The notes beneath the pieces were generated by a model. It searched no databases. It saw nothing but the letters and a program-made list of their open reading frames with translations, and was not told the DNA's origin. A stretch of DNA of 61,715 bases, filler included, from Rhabdomonas costata (Eukaryota), in the NCBI GenBank assembly GCA_019059605.1. It is 14 parts of 14 records of this genome, joined end to end, with 100 filler letters (N's around TTAATTAATTAA, not from the genome) between each part and the next. Parts side by side here need not be neighbours in the genome. Positions count along the whole stretch, not along the records: positions 52,903 to 57,325 come from JAHMHO010000288.1; positions 57,426 to 61,715 come from JAHMHO010000289.1; 12 more parts are not named here. One strand, written 5' to 3'. The translations under genes were made by a program, and so were the position numbers. Below are positions 57,078-61,715 of this stretch, piece after piece. The stretch's first letter is position 1. The number at the start of each line of letters is the position of its first letter.

Positions 57078-57307
57078 TATTGGCATAGTGGCATTATGGG
57101 GCCCCTCCCCTATTATCAAGTGTATTTTGGGGACCCCCCCTGTTTTCGGTGTATTTTACGGACCTTACGGACCCAAGGTTTCCCAGACAGGACAATCTAT
57201 GAACATCCCGCAGTTTTCGGTGTATTTTACGGACTCAGGCTTTCTTTGAGATTTGTTGCTTGCTATGACGTGGAGAGGAGTGAGATTTCCGGTGGGGAGG
57301 CAACAAA
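57078..57307 (+). repeat. Dispersed repeat family C, copy 2 (with an internal duplication of gttttcggtgtattttacggac)
   Basis: Reverse complement of 45831-46051. Confidence 0.9.
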
Positions 57308-57832
57308 TCTCAAAGAAAACCCACCNNNNNNNNNNNNNNNNNNNNNNNNNNNNNNNNNNNNNNNNNNNNTTAATTAATTAANNNNNNNNNNNNNNNNNNN
57401 NNNNNNNNNNNNNNNNNNNNNNNNNGTGTTGGGTGTGGTTGGGGTTTGGGGGGCAGATTTTGGTCCCAAGTGACGATGCACGACAAGCGAAGCATGCACA
57501 CTGGTATGGCCGGCAAGTAAGAAGCAAAACTCTCCGAGCGTTGTGTTTTCACAACCGCTTCACTCCTTTCTGGTGCTCAAAAACGGTCTGCCCCCAAATC
57601 CAATGCAATGCCACCCAATGCCTAGCAACACAGGCTTTGAGCGGACACAATCCCTGCCCGACATTATGATGGGGTGGGTCTTGGGGGGGGGGGTAACCGC
57701 TGGAAAGTCAAAACCTTTAAATGGGATGACGCTGTTCCATGGAGGATGGGGGTGCAATAAACGGGGTATTTCAATTCAACCGAAAACTTTCCGAAGATTG
57801 CCGATCACAAGAAGAGATACAAGGGCCACATA

Positions 57833-58908
57833 CTGGAGGGTAGAGTGAAACAGGAGGTCATAATTAACCATCGATACATTCGGAGTGGCACGCAGATCGG
57901 AAGGCAGGCTGAGCACGTCCAAGATTTCGCTGTACTGGAGGCTGGCTGCCACGCCAGAGAGATTGTGGAGACCAGCGCTCTTCAACCGGAAGGACTCCGT
58001 GAGAATGACGTCCTCCGCGGACTTGATTAGCTCCATGAAGGCAGTCTGGGTAGCTATCATCAGAAGACCCCGCAACTTCGTAGTTACAGTCTGCGAATTA
58101 AAAATCAGGTATCTGAAGAAAGGGTGTCATGATGTCAGAGCAGCAAAACTCCACACAAAAATTTCGTAATAAGGGCTCCAGAAAGACGGAGCAGTTTTTC
58201 ATAGTATTCACAACATGGCATTGCCTCATAGTTAGACCCTTCATCGGTGTCTGTTCTGTATTTCTGTCTTTCTTCAATTGTAAATTCCGATTCGCATCCG
58301 CTTTTTCGAGTATCTCTCTCAGCTCTTGTTTCTCGCCCTCTCCTTTGCTCACCACCCCTACGCATGCACACACGGCTGCTGTTCGCCTAAACCGCGGACT
58401 CTGGAACCTTGTTTGTTCGGGCATGTTCCTGTTGTTCTTGTGCGGAATTCCAGGTTCCCTAAAACTAATATTAATGCATTGACCAAAAGCAACATGACAT
58501 GATGGATTCTGGATGCTGCATGCGCAACATATATGACAACAGTCTCATGAAACGACAATAGAAAAAACAACGCACCTCAACTGAGTCCTGGCCCACGGTG
58601 TATAATCTGTTGATGCCCTGGTTGCCCATCATCCAAGACACAGTCCATACCGAGACCGCCGGCACACCCGTGAACAGGCACATCGACAGCACAAAGATCA
58701 ACCTCAAGGTAATCTTTGGACCCTTACGCCATTTTCGAGGCAGCTGATCCTCCGGAACGGCAGTCCTTCGGGTTAGGGATTCGGGCGGTGAGCTGCTGGT
58801 GCGTGGAAAAGGATCGCAGCTCCCATCGAAAGACGTTGCCGCTGGATGGACAACAGATACTCTGGAGGAGCGCGATGATCCCGCACGATTTCGATTTGGT
58901 GACAACAT
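57833..58908 (-). CDS. Membrane-anchored receptor-like protein, 5' exons (58908-58576, 58090-~57833)
   Basis: A Ser/Pro-rich N-terminus, a basic patch RKWRKGPK, one TM helix (LIFVLSMCLFTGVPAVSVWTVSWMMG), then a helical region. The GT-AG intron is phase 0. No catalytic domain is in view. Confidence 0.6.
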
Positions 58909-59830
58909 ATGCTGAAGAGTGCTTTTTCTCCACACTGGCAAACACAAAATAAGAAAAGGGGAAGTGCAGAAAGGTGCAGGTTAAAAAATGTTCCAACCTC
59001 TCAATAGAGAAAAGAAGCCGAGTAATCACAAGCGTCCCAAGGAAAGCTAATTCCACCCAAATGTTGTTTTTTGGCTGGAGTGATTGAGGGGGTGGGGGCA
59101 GTGGGAGGGAAGGGCACGTCCCTCGGGCTGACTCTCTCCACACGGATTTGAAAACGCTCTGGGAGAGGGCGGGCCCCGTAGATCTGCGGCACCACGCTTC
59201 TTCTTATTGGTCGACTTCCCGCGGATAAAGTGAGTCGAGACTTTTAAGGGGGTTAAGGGGGTTATATGGCGTAGCGCCACTACACAGTGCATAATACATG
59301 ATGCTGTGGTCCAACTTGCAGCAAAGGCAGGTGCCTCCGTCCTGAGGGACTCTCCACCCAGCATTTACCCAACAAATCGTTCCCACTTCAATGCAAAAAG
59401 CTTTTGAAAAACAACAACGAGTTGCAAAGATATGGAATTTCAGACATTTCCATTTCTTCCTCCTTTTGCTATTAAGTTCGAATTGGTCCATTTTAATATA
59501 TATGCTTTTTCAGTGGGAGAGAATATCGTCGTAAAACTATATTTTCGTTTGAAAGGACGCACAAAACCATTACCGTGGTGAACTCATAAAATTGACACAC
59601 TGAAATCGATCTGAAACATTGAACCGGCGCCTCAACACCGTTGTGCTTGTTACCTCACTCCCTACCACCTCATTTTATTGTACTGAAACCCACTGAAGCG
59701 AGCATTTGCGGACACAGACTTCAAACTCAAGGTGTCGCGCTTCTTTGAGGCTCCACGTAAAGTACAATGCCCAACTCAAGAAAACAAAGAATGGAACACG
59801 GACACGCCGCGCATAGTCATCCACCACGCC

Positions 59831-60923
59831 CTATCCATACTGCACCACAGAACAATCTGTGGTCTTCAGCTCACAGCTGCAGATCCACCGCGATACCACA
59901 CTAAGTGCAGCTCCCAGGAAGAGCATTCCAGGAAGGAAGGCCACGTCAGGTTCCGACCAGCACTGCCAGAGCCCACAGAAAAAGGCTGCCTTTGCAGCGA
60001 CCACGAGGGGCAGCAGAAGGATCGGCGACGGCACCTGCGGGCCACACATAGGCGGGTGAAGGAGCAGCCACACTTCCTGCAAGCCCAAATGCGCCCAGGA
60101 CTGAGCATTCAAAATGCACATTCGATCAGTCAAGAAACCTGCATGTTCAGAAAATGTCTTCCAATGATTTACAGTACTGTAGTTCCAACTCTTCTGCAAA
60201 AATAGGTGAGCGCCTATAATTGGGGTAGGTACCACCACTTTCTATACACGCAGAAGGCAAGATCGGCACAATTCCCCAGCCAATTCGCAGGCATCTCCCT
60301 TTTCCTCACCTCTGTGTTCCGAAATTGCCAGGGGATTTCGTTCGCGTCACCACAAGTCCAAATAAAAACAAACAGTCGATTGTGCAAAAAAAACAGTTTG
60401 CCTTGACCCAAAGTAGACGTCCGTTCTGAAGCACGCGCACCTTTTCGCAGTGCACCCGTCGGACATTCCCGCTTGGTAAGGTCGCCAGAATGGCGAAGGC
60501 CGGTCCGTTGATAACAGCCAGACACGCCCAAACCGCGACAACTGCCCCCAGCGTCCCAGCGTGTCCAGCCCAAGGACGAAGATGCCAAACCATTTCCACT
60601 AATGCTACAAGAAGAGAGTAACTGATCCCCACCAGGCTTCCCTGCGATGACAACTGTCGATGGGACCAGTGCTTCGGAAACACAGCTGCCAGCACTGCAC
60701 AGGAGAGGGCGACTTCCACAAGGCTAATTGTCAGGATTTGCCCTAGCCCCAAACTCGGAATCAGCCCAGGAGCGGCGGCCCGAAGAAAACCAAACAGAGT
60801 CCGAGTGAGGGTGGCGGCTGGTAGGTCGAGCAGCACAACGGGAAGGAGAACAAGCCATGGCACGGCGGAGGTGGAGAAGGGGTACGGAGGCACCAACATA
60901 TACCCCGACGGATCAAGCGTCAT
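59831..60923 (-). CDS. Hypothetical multi-pass membrane protein, about 228 aa. Exons 60923-60441 and 60034-59831
   Basis: A phase-0 intron (aag|gtgcgc...ccgcag|gtg) joins two hydrophobic ORFs with roughly six TM-like segments, ending in TAG. Confidence 0.65.
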
Positions 60924-61418
60924 GACCGCTGAAGTCTCTGCAATAGGCGATCAGATTTCTTGACTTACAGTTCATCGGATTTTCTTTTCGATTAGCTGGA
61001 AGCTGGCAATAAAGCTGTCAGGAAGTCAGCGGCAGGGCTGCAAGGGAGCAAACCATAGTCCTTAGCGATGCTGAAAATGCAGAAAGAGCATGGGACCCCC
61101 TTTGACGTGATTACCTTACCAAGCTCGGATCGGACATTCCGCGCTTGCCCACTAGTGCATTTGGTTCCAGCTCGCGACATTTTTTTGATTTTGCCCCGAT
61201 ATTTCTCCTGAATCGGGTTAGAGCGGAAGGGTTTTGAAAGAAAGCTCATTGCAACATTGCAATAACAGGCCGCAACCGTAATAATGATTGCTTCAGTTTT
61301 GTTTGTTTCACACCTTTGCCTCGGATTTACAATTGAACTTGCGTGAGCGTGACGATGCAATCTCATTCCTGCACCGGAAACTTGATAAACAAACGTGATA
61401 TTATCTCTCTCCCCTTAG

Positions 61419-61523
61419 GCGCACTCTTTGGGAGCTACAAAGACCTTCACCCCGGTGACGGATGTTACGGTGGTGCAGACCTGGATCCGTACATTGGCAG
61501 TGGAACTGACTCTTCGACTCAAG
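61419..61523 (+). CDS. Single exon resembling the Y-family DNA polymerase eta little-finger region
   Basis: ccccttag|AHSLGATKTFTPVTDVTVVQTWIRTLAVELTLRLK|gtctgc, a 105-nt in-frame exon with the S.G..K.F.......V..W...L..EL..RL pattern. Confidence 0.45.
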
Positions 61524-61715
61524 GTCTGCAATGCATGTTTGAAGATTAGCGATGAAGTGCTCCTGGACCGTGAAACATTCTCAAACAGTCACATCTCTTC
61601 TGTCTCGTAACCTGTGGTAACGTTGCGGCCGATAGTCACGCACTGCAACATCCTCTTAGAATCTCTCTGGGCGTCCTTTTCCTTTTTTTTTTGCCATGTT
61701 TAAAACCAAAAACCC

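Overview
This window is not one locus. It is 14 unrelated contigs of about 4.3 kb joined by an artificial 100-nt spacer (44 N + TTAATTAATTAA + 44 N). The contigs are 1-4317, 4418-8739, 8840-13155, 13256-17573, 17674-21997, 22098-26404, 26505-30815, 30916-35219, 35320-39630, 39731-44035, 44136-48429, 48530-52802, 52903-57325 and 57426-61715. The DNA is from an intron-rich microbial eukaryote using the standard code, with GC-rich exons and GT-AG introns that have very relaxed donors. G/T-only contig starts, A/C-only ends and fold-back ends point to whole-genome amplification, possibly of single cells. A fungal-type Lys2, relaxed donors, co-oriented genes and acceptor-like sites before ATGs fit a euglenozoan (euglenid-like) source, but that is inference. 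Genes recognised by manual splicing are a SPRY + ADP-ribosyltransferase fusion, Lys2, a soluble-type adenylyl cyclase, an SDR, a hemerythrin with a presequence, NSUN5/Rcm1, a UBR1-type E3 ligase, an HLS1-like GNAT and a CAMK-like pseudokinase. There is also a decayed RecQ-like helicase, a Pol eta-like exon and three dispersed repeat families, one MITE-like. The best novelty candidates are the SPRY-monoART-RRM-like protein, the organelle-targeted prokaryote-type hemerythrin and the RecQ relic. No rRNA, tRNA or CRISPR was seen. All family assignments are by eye from remembered motifs; no search was run.
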